Shown one piece after another: positions 1-12,500 of a DNA stretch of 64,000 bases. A program made the translations under genes and the position numbers. The stretch lies in the NCBI GenBank assembly GCA_937625935.1, contig OW569344.1, positions 372,001 to 436,000 on the forward strand, written 5' to 3'. The notes under the pieces are model-generated. The model searched no databases. It saw only the letters and a program-made list of their open reading frames with translations, and had not been told where the DNA came from. The first letter of the stretch is position 1. Each line of letters opens with the position of its first letter. This DNA comes from Tetramitus jugosus. Its lineage: Eukaryota > Protista > Heterolobosea.

Positions 1-1
1 T

Positions 2-1087
2 GTATTCCAACAATTGAGTGTATTGTTGATACAATTGATAAAAGGAGTGAAATTGATCCATGAATTGTTTCATGTTCAAATACAGTTGTTGTATCAAGTC
101 ATAAACGGTCATTTCATGTTGTTTGTCCATGTGTTTCAACCAATGATCCATGTACTGTTGTGTCATTTGAAACAATAGCACATGGGAGTGATACAATTGA
201 GTCATACTGCTCTCTTCTTCTCTCTTCATGTGAGAGTGTACCATTGCATTGAGATAGGTGATTTGAAGAAGCATGGATTGAATACACTTGACATTCTGAA
301 TGGTGGCTGGAGTGGTGAGATGATGATGATGCTGCAGTAGACTTGTTCTCTTCATCATGAGTGTCAATTGATTATTTCCATTCGTAGCAGTAGTAGTAGT
401 AGTATTGTTGTTGTTGTTATTTCCATTGTTATGATTCGTATGAGTAGTATTGTTCGTGTTTGTAGTTGAAGCAATGGGGTTGTGTTGAAAAGAGAGTTTG
501 CGTGTAGGTGTCATAAAGGTGGTACTGCTGCGTGGAGTACGTGGTGATAAAAGCACATGATTCAAATGGTTGTTGTGGGAGTGACGAGAGGGAGTACTTG
601 CACCATGACTCAACTTTTGTTTCTTTGTTGGTTGTTGTTGTTGTTGTTGTTGATGTTGATTGTTGAATCGAGAGGGAGTCAATGGCATGAGAATATTGTC
701 ACCATAGTATGGTTGTTGAGATGAAAAGGCAGAAGAACGATTAGGGGAGAACAACAATGAGTCATTGGTGCGCTTTCTACTACTATTACTATTACTATTA
801 CTACTATTACTACTACTTGTATACTGATCTTTGTTTCCTAGGAGTGTACTTGTATGTTCATCGTTCTCCTCTCTTGTACTTTGGATGTTGTTGTTGTTGT
901 TGTTTGCAAATAGTGAAAAGGAGGGTGCCTTGAACTGAGTCACACTTGAATCATAGTTTATTGTATGATTGCTGCTGGTTGGTAGATTGGTGGAATACAA
1001 TGATGGTCTCTTGTTGTTGCCATCATTGTTGTTGCTATTGCTGTCAAGTTGGGAGAAACATGATGATGATGAATGATAATGACTCAT
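2..1087 (-). CDS. Partial gene (3' end runs off the window): low-complexity N-terminus with CDK-type sites, followed by a helical domain; function unknown
   Basis: Hand translation gives 362 stop-free codons from ATG 1087 (MSHYHSSSS...) to the left edge (...QQYTQLLEY). It is absent from the ORF track because no stop lies in the window. Contains SPNR, TPSR x2, TPTRK and PTKKQK. Confidence 0.8.
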   Translation of the reverse strand, partial: MSHYHSSSSCFSQLDSNSNNNDGNNKRPSLYSTNLPTSSNHTINYDSSVTQFKAPSFSLFANNNNNNIQSTREENDEHTSTLLGNKDQYTSSSNSSNSNSNSSRKRTNDSLLFSPNRSSAFSSQQPYYGDNILMPLTPSRFNNQHQQQQQQQPTKKQKLSHGASTPSRHSHNNHLNHVLLSPRTPRSSTTFMTPTRKLSFQHNPIASTTNTNNTTHTNHNNGNNNNNNTTTTTATNGNNQLTLMMKRTSLLQHHHHLTTPATIQNVKCIQSMLLQITYLNAMVHSHMKREEESSMTQLYHSHVLLFQMTQQYMDHWLKHMDKQHEMTVYDLIQQLYLNMKQFMDQFHSFYQLYQQYTQLLEY

Positions 1088-1183
1088 GTTTGTAAACTCA
1101 CACACTGCTTGTTGTCTCTTTGTTCTTTCTTCTGAACAAGAATTGGGAGATCCAAAATCAGTTACCAGAAATTCAAATAATTT

Positions 1184-1195
1184 TTTTGGCGCCAA
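1184..1195. promoter_or_regulatory. E2F-like element in a divergent promoter
   Basis: TTTTGGCGCCAA (palindromic core TTGGCGCCAA) in the ~170-bp spacer between divergent ATGs 1087 and 1256; matches TTTSSCGC. Confidence 0.5.
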
Positions 1196-1255
1196 CATGG
1201 TTGAAAGTGCAACCATAAAAAACACAAAGAATTATTGCAATATTTACTTTCAAGG

Positions 1256-2611
1256 ATGATGCTCAAGGGTTTGAAACAGGCGAATAAGTCTTCTTCTCAT
1301 GTACCATCCTCATCCATTATTAAACATTGGGTGATGATAAACTCTTCGCCACCATCATCTCTATCCACTCAATCCTTGTTGATCAACCATCAGAATAGCA
1401 ATGCTTCTCTTATCTCACAACAACAACAACGTTCATTGTCATGCTATCAGAATTTCATGTCGCCATCATTATCATTTTCATTATCCCATCGATCACCCAC
1501 GTCATCACTACTGTTGCAATCTACTCCAACAACAACAAGACAACAACAACAACAATGCTATCATACCATATCACACTCAACAACAACAACAAGTATGAAT
1601 CATCAGATGAGTAATGAGAATAAAAGCAACCACAACCACAACCACAACAACAATAGTAACAATCATCATCTACTAGAAGAAGAAGATGCAGAAGACATGG
1701 AAGAAGAAGAATACATACTCAATGATCAATTGATACAATCCATGCATGACTTGAGCATTCATTTCAAATCATTTACACAATCAATTGATGAATTCATGAG
1801 AAACAAGTGGTATCACAAATGCATTCCACTTCTTCATCAAATGAATAGTGTATTGAATGATCTCATGCATCAAGAGGCATCACTCATGATGATGAATGAT
1901 AAGGATACACATAATGATAATGATGATGATGATGTTGATGATAACAAGGGTACACATGATGTGGAAATGTTGCTGAATCACACAGCAGCAACAACAACAA
2001 CAACAACAACAACAGATGATAATAGGGGTACTACCACATTATTGACGACAAACAAGCATGTGGTGATGATCATGATGAAACTGTTGGAAAAGAGTGAACA
2101 TTTGAATAACAAAAACAAGCATCATAATACTAGGAATAATGATGATATGAATGATATGGATGATGATGAAGAACACAATGTAAACACCATGAACAAATCC
2201 ATTTGGAAGATGATGGCACATTGTCAACTCTATGTTCACTACAACTTGGCCTACGCATACTTTCAACAGGGTGAATTCAATCATTGTGTCCAGTGTTGCA
2301 ATGATACACTTGAATGGGAGAGAGTGTTTGATCAAATGAATGAATTGAATGATGCGTTTGATCAATTGAATCGAGTGTGTAGTCTCAAGGCACAAGCATT
2401 GTGTGAGAGAGGTTATGCAGGTGATTTGAGAATGGCTGTTCGATTGTTTTCCTTCTTGATTGATCATCGATTGAAGAAGACGATGATGATGGTGAACAAG
2501 CAACACACAAAGAAGCAGAAGAAGCAGCAGAAGAATCACACTGAACAATATGCAACGATCAATGATGTTGATCATGGTGATGGTGATGACACTTTGAGTA
2601 GTAGTGATAAC

Positions 2612-2645
<34 letters not shown>

Positions 2646-4333
2646 ATAGTGGTGGTAGTAGCAGTGCTTGTCATCGATTGTTATGGACAGAGTTGTATCA
2701 TCGGTGTACAGTCTATGTCGAATTGAATCAATTGGATGATGCATTGAAGGATGCTGTTGAAATGATAAAGTATGATCCATTGAACATTAGAGGTCTGTTG
2801 TTGAAGGCTCGAATACAGTTCATGATCTCTCAGTCCATTCATTTCTATCACATGGAGCCATCGACTGTGCGCTATCATTTGAATCAATCACTGTCATGTG
2901 CTCACTTTATTCTCCAAATATTAATCATCAAGAGTGATGATAATCATGCACAAACGACTGGCAATAGGCAGAATAACCCTAATCACCCATATCATCAATA
3001 TCACAGCAATGACCATTCTCAAGAATATGTCGGTGGTCATAATCAACAAGGCAATGATGATCTAGTCACAACAAAGAGAGAGACATTGTTGTTAATTGCC
3101 AATATTTATGCAAAGCTACAACAGTATCAATTGGCCATTGATGCCTGCCAATTGTTGTTATTGTCATCATCAGTACCACCATCTTCATCATCAGATGCAT
3201 CATTACCATCCATGGCAATCGAAGCAAAGGATCATGTTGATCATCACGACAATGACAATGAGATATATTGGGATGCATTGACAATACGTGCTTCTTGCTA
3301 CTATCATCTCTATCAATTCTCAAAATCATTGAATGATTATGATCGTATTGAATCGCACAATCCATTGTCTATTCTGGAGCATGGTGATGAGTATGGTTTC
3401 ATGTTGGCTCGATTGGCCAATTATGATGATTTATTGTCATTTGTTGAACGGTACTTTAATGTGCCAATGCGCAATAGTGGTAGTATTTGTGGTAGTGGTG
3501 GTACTCCTCCGATTGTTTCTGATCCGAGTCATACTAGTACCAATAGTAGTAGTATGACGACGCATCAACAACTATCACCACTGCCACCATATGCCATGAA
3601 TCCTTCTTCTCATGTTTCTTCGTCCGTCTCCTCCACAATGGAACAACACTTGAGACACAATGTGCATATCGATGTATTGTATGGCAGGGGTCAATACAAT
3701 GAAGGTCTTTCGTACTACAATATTCATATTGCACCGTTTGAGTCCGATTATGAGCCATCTCTCCTCATGACTCTCTGGTTGGCCAAGATGGACTTTTTAA
3801 TGAGATTGCAAGAGTATGACTGTGTAATGCTGTTGGCGAATCAATTGGAGTTGAAAGCGAGGCAGTACAATGATGAAATGATACTCATGGATGTATCGCG
3901 CTACCGAGCACTCGTCTGGGCTCACTTGGGTCAACACAGTGAATCAGAGTCAGAGTGGAACAAGCTCGAACAAATCAGAATTGCGTTGAAAGAGAAGAAA
4001 ATACTGCAAGCGGTCAGTAATGATGATAGTAGCTCGGTGATAAGCTCCCACGACACTCCTTTTGATCGAGAGTATTGGATTCAGTTACGCCAATCAAGAG
4101 CCGTTATGCTTGGAACAAGAAGTGAAAATGTGTCTCGGTCGTTGAAACAGTTAGATGCTCTGGTGAAGGAGGCTCTGCAGTTCTCACTTGTCGACTATGC
4201 TGTGGACATCTTGAATGATATCGTTCTGATGGAACTCGCGAATAAGCGAGGTGACAAAGCACAGAAGCACATTGCCCAGATTCTTTTCTATGTTCCAGAA
4301 CACACAATCCGTCATAAACAAGCCCTGCTTTGA
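1256..4333 (+). CDS. TPR-repeat protein with low-complexity inserts, possibly mitochondrial
   Basis: TPR-like helices (YNLAYAYFQQGEFNHCV; YHRCTVYVELNQLDDALKDA..IKYDPLNIRGLLLKA; IRASCYYHLYQFSKSLNDY). The Ser/Arg-rich, acid-poor N-terminus resembles a transit peptide. First ATG at 1256. Confidence 0.75.
2613..2662 (+). repeat. (AGT)n microsatellite encoding poly-Ser
   Basis: Direct agtagtagt run inside the TPR gene. Confidence 0.9.
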
Positions 4334-4815
4334 GACGACAAGTTGATTGTAAATTGCTCAGGTCAAAAACAACGGAAGCTCTCAAGGAAACAATTTTAGT
4401 GAACTATGCTGTCGTGGTGACTGTGACTGTGCTATTCTGATGGACAAATTCGAAACAACGTATTAAAACAACAAACCATTTTCCATTGACATCTCCTCAA
4501 AATCAAGCCTCATAACCTCAAAATTGCAGTGTTTTGATTAGTCCCCTAGTTTTCGACAGTTCCATGATTAATCAAGCCAGAGAACCCAAAAAAACAAAGC
4601 AACAACAGACGACACGACGAACAAAAAAGAAAATTCTCTACAAGTCATCGACATTCATACACTAGGCCATTTCTCGATCGTACCACAGAATTACCAAAAA
4701 CAAGGATCACTATAATATCCGTCGACAGGAAGTTTTGTGAAAACATACTAAAAGCAAAATTAAAATTCATGTATTACATTCATACAAACAATAACTTAAG
4801 AAGAGTTTAATATTT

Positions 4816-4839
4816 AATATTTTAACTAGTTAAAATATT
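4816..4839. repeat. Perfect 24-bp AT-rich palindrome
   Basis: AATATTTTAACTAGTTAAAATATT equals its own reverse complement. Confidence 0.9.
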
Positions 4840-5127
4840 GTGTATTGATTGCATGATGGTTTGAATACCTGTTCTTTTATTTGATGTAGCGATGATGTCG
4901 GCTTCGCAAGCAGGAGGTATTGGGAGACTTAAGTTAGTTGTTGAAGGGTCCAAAAACTGCTATGGCAGGTCGAACTCTTGGAGTTCTATTTGGTCAACAT
5001 TCGGCTTTGATGGTAATCCGCTTTGTACATCTCTTTGTCCTGAACAAGAAACCTGACGTCAGTATGACCAAGCAAGCCGAAGCCAACAAATTGGAGCACA
5101 AAAACTGGATATTTATTTAGACCGAAC

Positions 5128-8100
5128 TCAGTGACGCACACCTCTCCTTAAACCACGACCTCTCAATCTCCCCCTTACTCTTCTGTCTCTGCCATAGCTT
5201 TCACGACGAATTCCTGACATTGTCATACAGACATAGCCAACAAGAGGGTGAGTCTGGTTCTGCCTACGGATCGTTGGGATTAAGGAACAATCTTCCCAAG
5301 CCGACAACATCTTTTCTAATCCTGAATGAAGAACAATGTACAGTATGCCAGTCCACAGTTCATATTCTAAGGAATTGGAGGACGAGGATAGTTGCTCATA
5401 CTTTTTCTCCACGTTTCGTACCAACTGCTCATAATCACTCGGACTAATCACTTGACGTGCTGTTGTTCTGTCACCACGGCCAATACTGGAGATCAAGTGT
5501 ATCACAGAGTTCAATGCATTTTGGGCACACACTCGCTGTAGTGACTCATTTGTCAATGAGCACAGGTTGTGTACAGCCTGGGAGAGTGTGTCAAAGAGTT
5601 CATCTGCAGTCCGTGCCACCATCAAAGTGAGACCAACTCCCCTGTCGGAATAGAGCAGAGGCTCATACTTGAGCATCAGATCAATCAATGGTTGAACGAA
5701 TACAGAGTGGAGAGCAGACACATTGTCTCTCTGTCTAATTTCCGTGCTCAGTTGGTCACATACTTTCTTCAATCGTTCGAAACGAGGTCGATCAAATCCA
5801 TGTTCATTGTCAAACTTCAAATCCAATTCAATGTACTGTGGATCAGAAATCAAGGCAGTCAACCCATTCACAAACTTGTCCTTGACAGCATACTGGTCTC
5901 CTGACGCAACGTTCACCATTGTTGAAGTGACCAATGAGATTAACTCTTGGCGTAGCTCGTGATCAAATAACAAATATTGTTTGACACACTGATTCACAAT
6001 GAGTTCAATGGCCTTCTTTGACAGCATTGATGTTCCATTATTTCTGGGAGCCAGACTCTCTGATGTTGTTGTCCAAGCTTCGAGGCAAATGTTGGGATCT
6101 TCGTGAGACAAGAGTTGACTCACACTGAACAAAAGGGAGTCATGAATTTCTCTACTCTTGAATGATAATCGATAGACTTGCATCATGACAGCTCGAGGAA
6201 TTTCCGCGTACTCGTGATCCAATGATTCAATGACAATTGATAAGACTTTCTGAGCTTCTTTTGACTTTGAATCCACAATAGAAGCAACATAACTCAGCAG
6301 TACTTCAATGATAACACGCTTTGTATCTCGATGCGTCTTGTCATTATGGAACAAATGAATGAACATTTCGATGAGTTGCGATGCATTGAAACCAGTCTTG
6401 AAGAACCAAAGTTTCTTGAACCATGAGAACAGAATCTTTTGAGGTGTTATGCCCCAGTTTGGACTTGATACCCCTTTCTCGTAGTCAGCTTGTTTTTGAG
6501 TGATAAAGTCAGATAGTTGTTGGATCCACTGTTGGATAGGTATAAACGAAGAACATCTCATCAGAGCATCATAGTAATAGAGTGCATATTCAGATGTCAT
6601 ATCATTCAGTATATCTTGCAACAATTCCTCGGGGCGATGCGCAGTCAAGTACTTGGACATTCTGACAATTCCTAGAACATCATCCTTAACGATTACTCCA
6701 TCGTCTGGCAACGTCAGTATGATCTCATTCACTAAATTTCTAAAGAATAGAGCCTCTTGTCTCTCAACTTGCATACGGCCTGCAAATTGGACAATTCTTT
6801 TCTGTGCCAGTCGAGGTGGCATATGGCTATCTGCATGCAGCGTTAAATGACTTGGTACAAATGAGTTTGAGCTGAGAGTTGAGTTGGACTTCATCAAGAT
6901 TCGATCAGAGAAAATCAACATTCGAGTAATCTTGTTCATTGTGTCCTCTGAGAGATATCTCTCGATTCTCTGTTCTCTCATTAGATGCGGGTTCAAACAG
7001 TAGATGCAACCTGACTGATTCGCCAGAATGTGGTTGGCATCCTTTTTAAGGTCATGAAGTTCAGCATATGACATTGTGCTGTTCTCATTCAATGAGAGAT
7101 ACTTTTCCAATAGAGTGATGGAGGTTCGCTTGGATAATGCCCATCTCTGCACAGACAAACAGAAAATAAACGAAGGATCTCTTTCAATCAGACGATAGAA
7201 AATTTCGTCCATTTCGCTCTGAGAGCAGAAGAGGTGAATTTTGTCCACCAAGTATTGAAGTTCACGAATGTTATTCTCGTCTGTAATGATTGGCAAGGCG
7301 AGCAATGCAGGCATAAAAACATTCTTATAGAGACCTGCTAATTGCTTCGAGTGGAGCAAAGGATTGGTCTTCTTGAAAAATGAGCTCATCTCATCAAACT
7401 TACCTCGAGAGACCTGCTCCTTGAAGTAATCCAACATTAGATTGGACAAACACTCGAGATTCCATAGGATAGGGGGATCATGGGAGTCGAACCTGAAATG
7501 TTGTTGACCCACAAGAAAATCTGCAATCTGGGTCGTCGAACAGGATTTAGCAACATCAAAAGCCCAACGAGTCAACTTGTCCTTCTCTTCACTTCCTCTG
7601 TAAGCGCTAGCAATAACCCAAACAACCTCTTGGCAGCTCTGAGTTCTACGAGCAATCAATGAAATCAATGATTTCCACAGTGCTAATAACTCCTCATCCT
7701 GTACCATATGAGCTCGAATCAGACTATACAAGGAGTTCCCCTCTTTGTGCATGTAGTAGTCTGGACGAATTCGACGTTCAAAGATTTCCATGAATTCATT
7801 GTGTTCATTCTTCATCTGTTGAACAACAAATTGAAGTATCTTCTTTTGGTTGGTCGAGTGATAAAAACTTGCCAAAAGCAATGAACTAAGTACAATGGCT
7901 CTGACCTCAGGATTGGGATCAGAGCAATTGTTCATAAATTCTGTTAGGCGTTCATCGTCACTGACAGAAGCTTTCATATACTTCAAGTACGTACATTTGT
8001 TATGGAACAATGACAGCCCAGGGACAGTCACTTGGTCAACCTGGAATCTCTTGTCAGCAATGATTGATCCCAACTCAGGTATCAAGTAGCACAATTGATC

Positions 8101-9309
8101 AATTTCAACATGTTTAACGAGCCAGTTCTCCAACTTTTCTCCATTCTTTTGCCAAAGATGTCTCTGAAACTCTTCCACCTTGTACAGATCACGCGATTTG
8201 CTTGTTGGCATCGAAGTCAACAACCACAAAGCAAGCTCACTTTGTTTGACTGGTAGGTTGAAATCAGCATCTACAAACAGTTCGAACAATCGAGTGAGTT
8301 GCTGTACGGAATACTCCTTCACCAGATGAGAAAATTCATTTTGAAGCATGTATCTCGCTATCAATCCCTTATTTGCTCTGCCATCGACAAGCAAATCGAG
8401 GAACGCGTCCTTATTCTTGGCAAAGGTTGAAAAACGCAATGGAAGAATGGAACACATTCCTGTGTGACTATGAATCTGTTCCAATGGATCAACAAACCAT
8501 TCTCGTAGCAGGTGAATAACCTTCAAGTTTAGGTCCTTGTTTGTGGAAGCAATGGCAGTGATGATTCCCCAATTAGGACCAACAATTCTCACCATTGGGG
8601 CAACGTAAGTCTCATAGGATTGCTTTGCAGAGTCTGTCAACAAACTGTGCTCTCTCTGTTGCAGCACTCGTAGAAATTTCAAAAGAGCCACAGGGTGATT
8701 CTTGAGCAGATTCTTGTAAATTTTCAGATCCTGCTCATGCAAAACATTCACCAGAATGTCAACTATGAGGTTGTCTGATTGTTCACCATTGGGCAATACA
8801 CCAGACAACAACACCAGAACATTGTTGTTGGAGAAGCTGTCATATGATGCCACACGCATCAACAAGTCTCTGTCAATCATGGATCTCTTGTTCCGTGACA
8901 CTGCCTTCACAAGTGCATTGAGGAAAACAGGACTGCCATATTGTTTCAGATCTGATTCTGACTCACTTGTTGGAAACAACAGTGACTTGACTTGCTCATC
9001 AGACAACAATCGACAACCAGTCATAATGGCCAACAAGTACACATCTGGTGAATAGGCCTTATGGTTGACCAAGAGTTCAAACAGACGATCAGTATCTCTG
9101 TAGATGACGAGCAACTTGACGCCAAGCAATTGCAATCGAACATGGCTCTTTTCTTTTACGTCACCCACAGACAACAAATGGTCAATCAAGTGAGACTCTC
9201 TCGTCTGATCCAAACTATAGGTCCTGGGGTATGTCTTGTACAGGAATTGTTCCTGCTGCAACACTGTCGGGAATGACTGATAATGGGATAAAAAGGTATG
9301 AACGTCCAT
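5128..9309 (-). CDS. Large alpha-solenoid (HEAT/ARM-like) protein of unknown function with an Arg/Gly-rich tail
   Basis: 1393-aa intronless ORF, Leu-rich and helical, with HEAT-like units (SDPNPEVRAIVL, LDHEYAEIPRAV, LSHEDPNICLEAW); ends RRVRGRLRGRGLRRGVRH. Confidence 0.75.
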   Translation of the reverse strand: MDVHTFLSHYQSFPTVLQQEQFLYKTYPRTYSLDQTRESHLIDHLLSVGDVKEKSHVRLQLLGVKLLVIYRDTDRLFELLVNHKAYSPDVYLLAIMTGCRLLSDEQVKSLLFPTSESESDLKQYGSPVFLNALVKAVSRNKRSMIDRDLLMRVASYDSFSNNNVLVLLSGVLPNGEQSDNLIVDILVNVLHEQDLKIYKNLLKNHPVALLKFLRVLQQREHSLLTDSAKQSYETYVAPMVRIVGPNWGIITAIASTNKDLNLKVIHLLREWFVDPLEQIHSHTGMCSILPLRFSTFAKNKDAFLDLLVDGRANKGLIARYMLQNEFSHLVKEYSVQQLTRLFELFVDADFNLPVKQSELALWLLTSMPTSKSRDLYKVEEFQRHLWQKNGEKLENWLVKHVEIDQLCYLIPELGSIIADKRFQVDQVTVPGLSLFHNKCTYLKYMKASVSDDERLTEFMNNCSDPNPEVRAIVLSSLLLASFYHSTNQKKILQFVVQQMKNEHNEFMEIFERRIRPDYYMHKEGNSLYSLIRAHMVQDEELLALWKSLISLIARRTQSCQEVVWVIASAYRGSEEKDKLTRWAFDVAKSCSTTQIADFLVGQQHFRFDSHDPPILWNLECLSNLMLDYFKEQVSRGKFDEMSSFFKKTNPLLHSKQLAGLYKNVFMPALLALPIITDENNIRELQYLVDKIHLFCSQSEMDEIFYRLIERDPSFIFCLSVQRWALSKRTSITLLEKYLSLNENSTMSYAELHDLKKDANHILANQSGCIYCLNPHLMREQRIERYLSEDTMNKITRMLIFSDRILMKSNSTLSSNSFVPSHLTLHADSHMPPRLAQKRIVQFAGRMQVERQEALFFRNLVNEIILTLPDDGVIVKDDVLGIVRMSKYLTAHRPEELLQDILNDMTSEYALYYYDALMRCSSFIPIQQWIQQLSDFITQKQADYEKGVSSPNWGITPQKILFSWFKKLWFFKTGFNASQLIEMFIHLFHNDKTHRDTKRVIIEVLLSYVASIVDSKSKEAQKVLSIVIESLDHEYAEIPRAVMMQVYRLSFKSREIHDSLLFSVSQLLSHEDPNICLEAWTTTSESLAPRNNGTSMLSKKAIELIVNQCVKQYLLFDHELRQELISLVTSTMVNVASGDQYAVKDKFVNGLTALISDPQYIELDLKFDNEHGFDRPRFERLKKVCDQLSTEIRQRDNVSALHSVFVQPLIDLMLKYEPLLYSDRGVGLTLMVARTADELFDTLSQAVHNLCSLTNESLQRVCAQNALNSVIHLISSIGRGDRTTARQVISPSDYEQLVRNVEKKYEQLSSSSNSLEYELWTGILYIVLHSGLEKMLSAWEDCSLIPTIRRQNQTHPLVGYVCMTMSGIRRESYGRDRRVRGRLRGRGLRRGVRH

Positions 9310-9500
9310 GGTAACAATCTAGTCAACAGTTTCTTGGGTGTGTTCGATGGGGCTTGTGTGAGATGTTAAATTTGTTAAAAGGACGAAGCTCAATTTCTCA
9401 TTTTTGAGTTCCAGAGTTTTGCTGAGCAACATCCGCTCTGTTAAGAATAAAAATGCGAACCTGTGCACCGAACAGTGTTTATTTACATACAAGGTGCTTC

Positions 9501-12500
9501 CTACAAGGCAAAGATTGGCTTTGGTTGTTCCTTGGGTTGCACATTCACCTTTTGTAAGAGCTTGAAGATGCCTGTTCCATTGCCGATTGGCATACCCATA
9601 ATGATACACTCGGAAACACCCTCAACGGCATCGCGTCTCGAGTGAACAGCAGCATCAAACAAGTGATCAGTCGTTCTCTCAAAACTGGCCAACATGAGAA
9701 CAGAATCTCTCATCTTTCCAATACCATAACGAGTGATACCTAGAATCTCTCCCTTAAATGACATGACATCGGCCAAGAGTTTCATGTGACGCACATCCAC
9801 ATTCATACCATAAGAGCTCATAATGAAATAAATTTCATTAATAATAGTGCCTCTGGCAGCTTCAATACCCAATATTTCCTCCAATTCTAGAATATTGTTG
9901 GTCGTTGTCTTGCGTCCCTTGACTCCCTGAGTTCCCATCACACTCAACAGATCGGATCCTTCGACCAACAGGTTGAGCTTCACTCTTCCATCCTCCTTGG
10001 TCTTCTTCTTATTGATCACAGCACGACCAATGCTTGGAATACCGCTGACAATTACACCTGGCAACACACTCTTCAAGTACTGCATCGAATGATACATGTG
10101 TTCTCTTTCACTCTTGAGTGGATAGACACGGATGCAATCATCGGTAATTCTGATAAATTTGTCCTTGATGCCGAGCTTTGGTGCGTATTGAATGCTGTTG
10201 ACAACCGTGGCGTTGTTAATATTGAGTTGCAGTGCACCAATAATGTGTCTGTCCAACTTGATATCAATATAGCAGATACCCATGTCATACACCTCCTTAA
10301 TGTACTCACACACCTCTCCTAGTGTAGCCTTCTCAATTCTTCCCTTGACGATACGTGCTGCCTTTTCACCTTGACTGTTACGGAATTGAATCTTGTTGAT
10401 TTGAGAGCCACCCTTGTTATTGTTGCTATTTTTCATCATGAGAGACAGTAGTTTCTCCTCCTGTGCAGTCAAATTCTTGGCAATGTCCAACTCGGCCGTA
10501 ATGATGGGTGTGGAGATGTTACGAGTGGCATTGATAATTTCAACAATACGAGGAACACCGAGCGTAACGTTCATACTGGCAACACCAGCAAAATGGAAAG
10601 TTTTGAGGGTCATTTGAGTACCTGGCTCACCAATCGATTGACCTGCAATTGCACCTACAGTCTGTCCCGGTTCAGTCACCGCCTTCAAATACTTTTTGTA
10701 TGTCCAGTCAAAGAAGGCTGTGAGTTGAGCCTCTGTAATCTTAATGTCCTCCACCTTCTCAATCACATCGTTCCACACGGTATCATTCTTCTCTGACAGT
10801 TCTGTCTTTAGTTTTCTGAGCTTGTCTGCACAGTCTCTAAAGAAACCAGTGTACTCTTTGGCAAACTGCTTGCTAAACAATCGCTGAGACTTCTTCTCTA
10901 ACAAAAAGTCCTTGACACGCTTCATGATCTCATCTGGCTCAAGTCCAATGTTGTACTTCATGTAATACTCGAGATCGGTCTCGTTGTTGTTGTTGTTGTT
11001 GTTCGAGGCAAGCATCTTCTCTTCCTTCTCCATGTTCACAATGTGTTTCACATGGTCCAACGCATACTGGAGACTCAATGGTCGTCCTGCGTCGTCCTCC
11101 ATGTGAATCGGGTCCAGTTTGTCATCACCGTACTTGAACTGAATGAGTCCACCACTGCTGTTTCTCACAGTGTAATCATATTGGACAGCCAAGTCCTCTA
11201 GTGCCTTCATGAGACGTCTCTGCATATAACCAGTCTCAGCAGTCTTGACAGCCGTGTCCACCAGACCTTCTCTACCGGCCATCGTATGGAAAAAGAACTC
11301 TGTTGGTGTGAGACCAGTGTAGAAACTGTTGGCAACGAATCCCTTGGCAGATGCAGATCGACTGCCCAGTGGGAAGTGAGGCAATGTACGATTCATGAAA
11401 CCGTTTTGAATTCTGCTGCCGCCTACAGTCTGTTGACCCACACAGGCAATCATCTGAGAAATGTTGATGGTACTGCCCTTGCTACCACAGACAGCCATTG
11501 TCAGTGGAGCATTCAACGGATGGAGCTCACCGAGACACATGTTACCAGCCTTGTTTCTAATCTCTGACAATTCCTTGTTCAGAACAGCTTCGAGTGTCTG
11601 TTCTGTGGTACAGCCGGGCTGGGCTTCCAACTTGCCTGTTCTCCACTCTGCAATCTTGTTCTCACAAAAGTTGTAACCATCGTCCAGCAGCACCATCTTC
11701 TTTTCAGTGAGACGCTCACTCGGAGTCACATCATCAATACCAATGCTGAATCCATAGTTCATCAACCAACGACTCGTGACACGAGCCACACGAGCCATAC
11801 ACTTGGCAGCATACTCTGGACCATAGTTTCTCATGAGCATATAGAACAAACTACTCTTACTGCCGTCACCCAACGTCTTCTTATCCAAATTACCGCACAA
11901 GAGCTGAGAGTTGTAAAAGTAGACGTAGCCGTCGTTTGGATCCATGAACAAGTCCTTTTCATAATTCTTGGCCTTTGTTTCCAGATTGACATGCACATGG
12001 GTCTGCCTGTTGGGTTTGATGAGCAGTGAAAAGAGTTGCTTGCCCGTCCACAGTTCAATGGGTTTCCATATGGTTGGCGGTGGCAAATCAATCTTGATGC
12101 TCTCCTCGATGCCCATATAACTCATGAGCATACAGAATTGACTTCTGTCAAAGAACATGTCACGTCGACTCATCTTGTAACCGGCAGTCAAGAAATCTTG
12201 ATTACAGGCAATGACGGGACAGCCGTTCTTTGGTGTACAGAGATTCCACAGCACACCCATGAGATTGATGGCTTCGGCTCTTGCTTCCTGTGTTTGTGGA
12301 ATGTGCAAATTCATTTCATCACCATCAAAATCAGCATTGAACGGTGCGCAGTCACACACGTTGAAACGAAAGGTACGATAGGGCAGTACTTTGACTCTGT
12401 GAGACATGATACTCAATCTGTGCAGAGATGGTTGTCTGTTGAACAGGGCGATATCATTGTCCATGACATGTCTCTCGACAATGTCACCAATTTGCAAGTT

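Noticed and set aside
2-200. Edge ORF helix MTVYDLIQQLYLNMKQF as a retinoblastoma-family N-domain
   Set aside because: Only a hydrophobic pattern matches; no diagnostic residues are visible in the window.
4938-5120. 60-aa ORF or C/D snoRNA in the long spacer
   Set aside because: TTG start, no motif, and no properly spaced C and D boxes with a terminal stem.
12290-12360. Intein or self-splicing insertion in RPC1 (also checked the MCM2 P-loop)
   Set aside because: The NADFDGD and GDPGTAKS regions are contiguous with no insertion.
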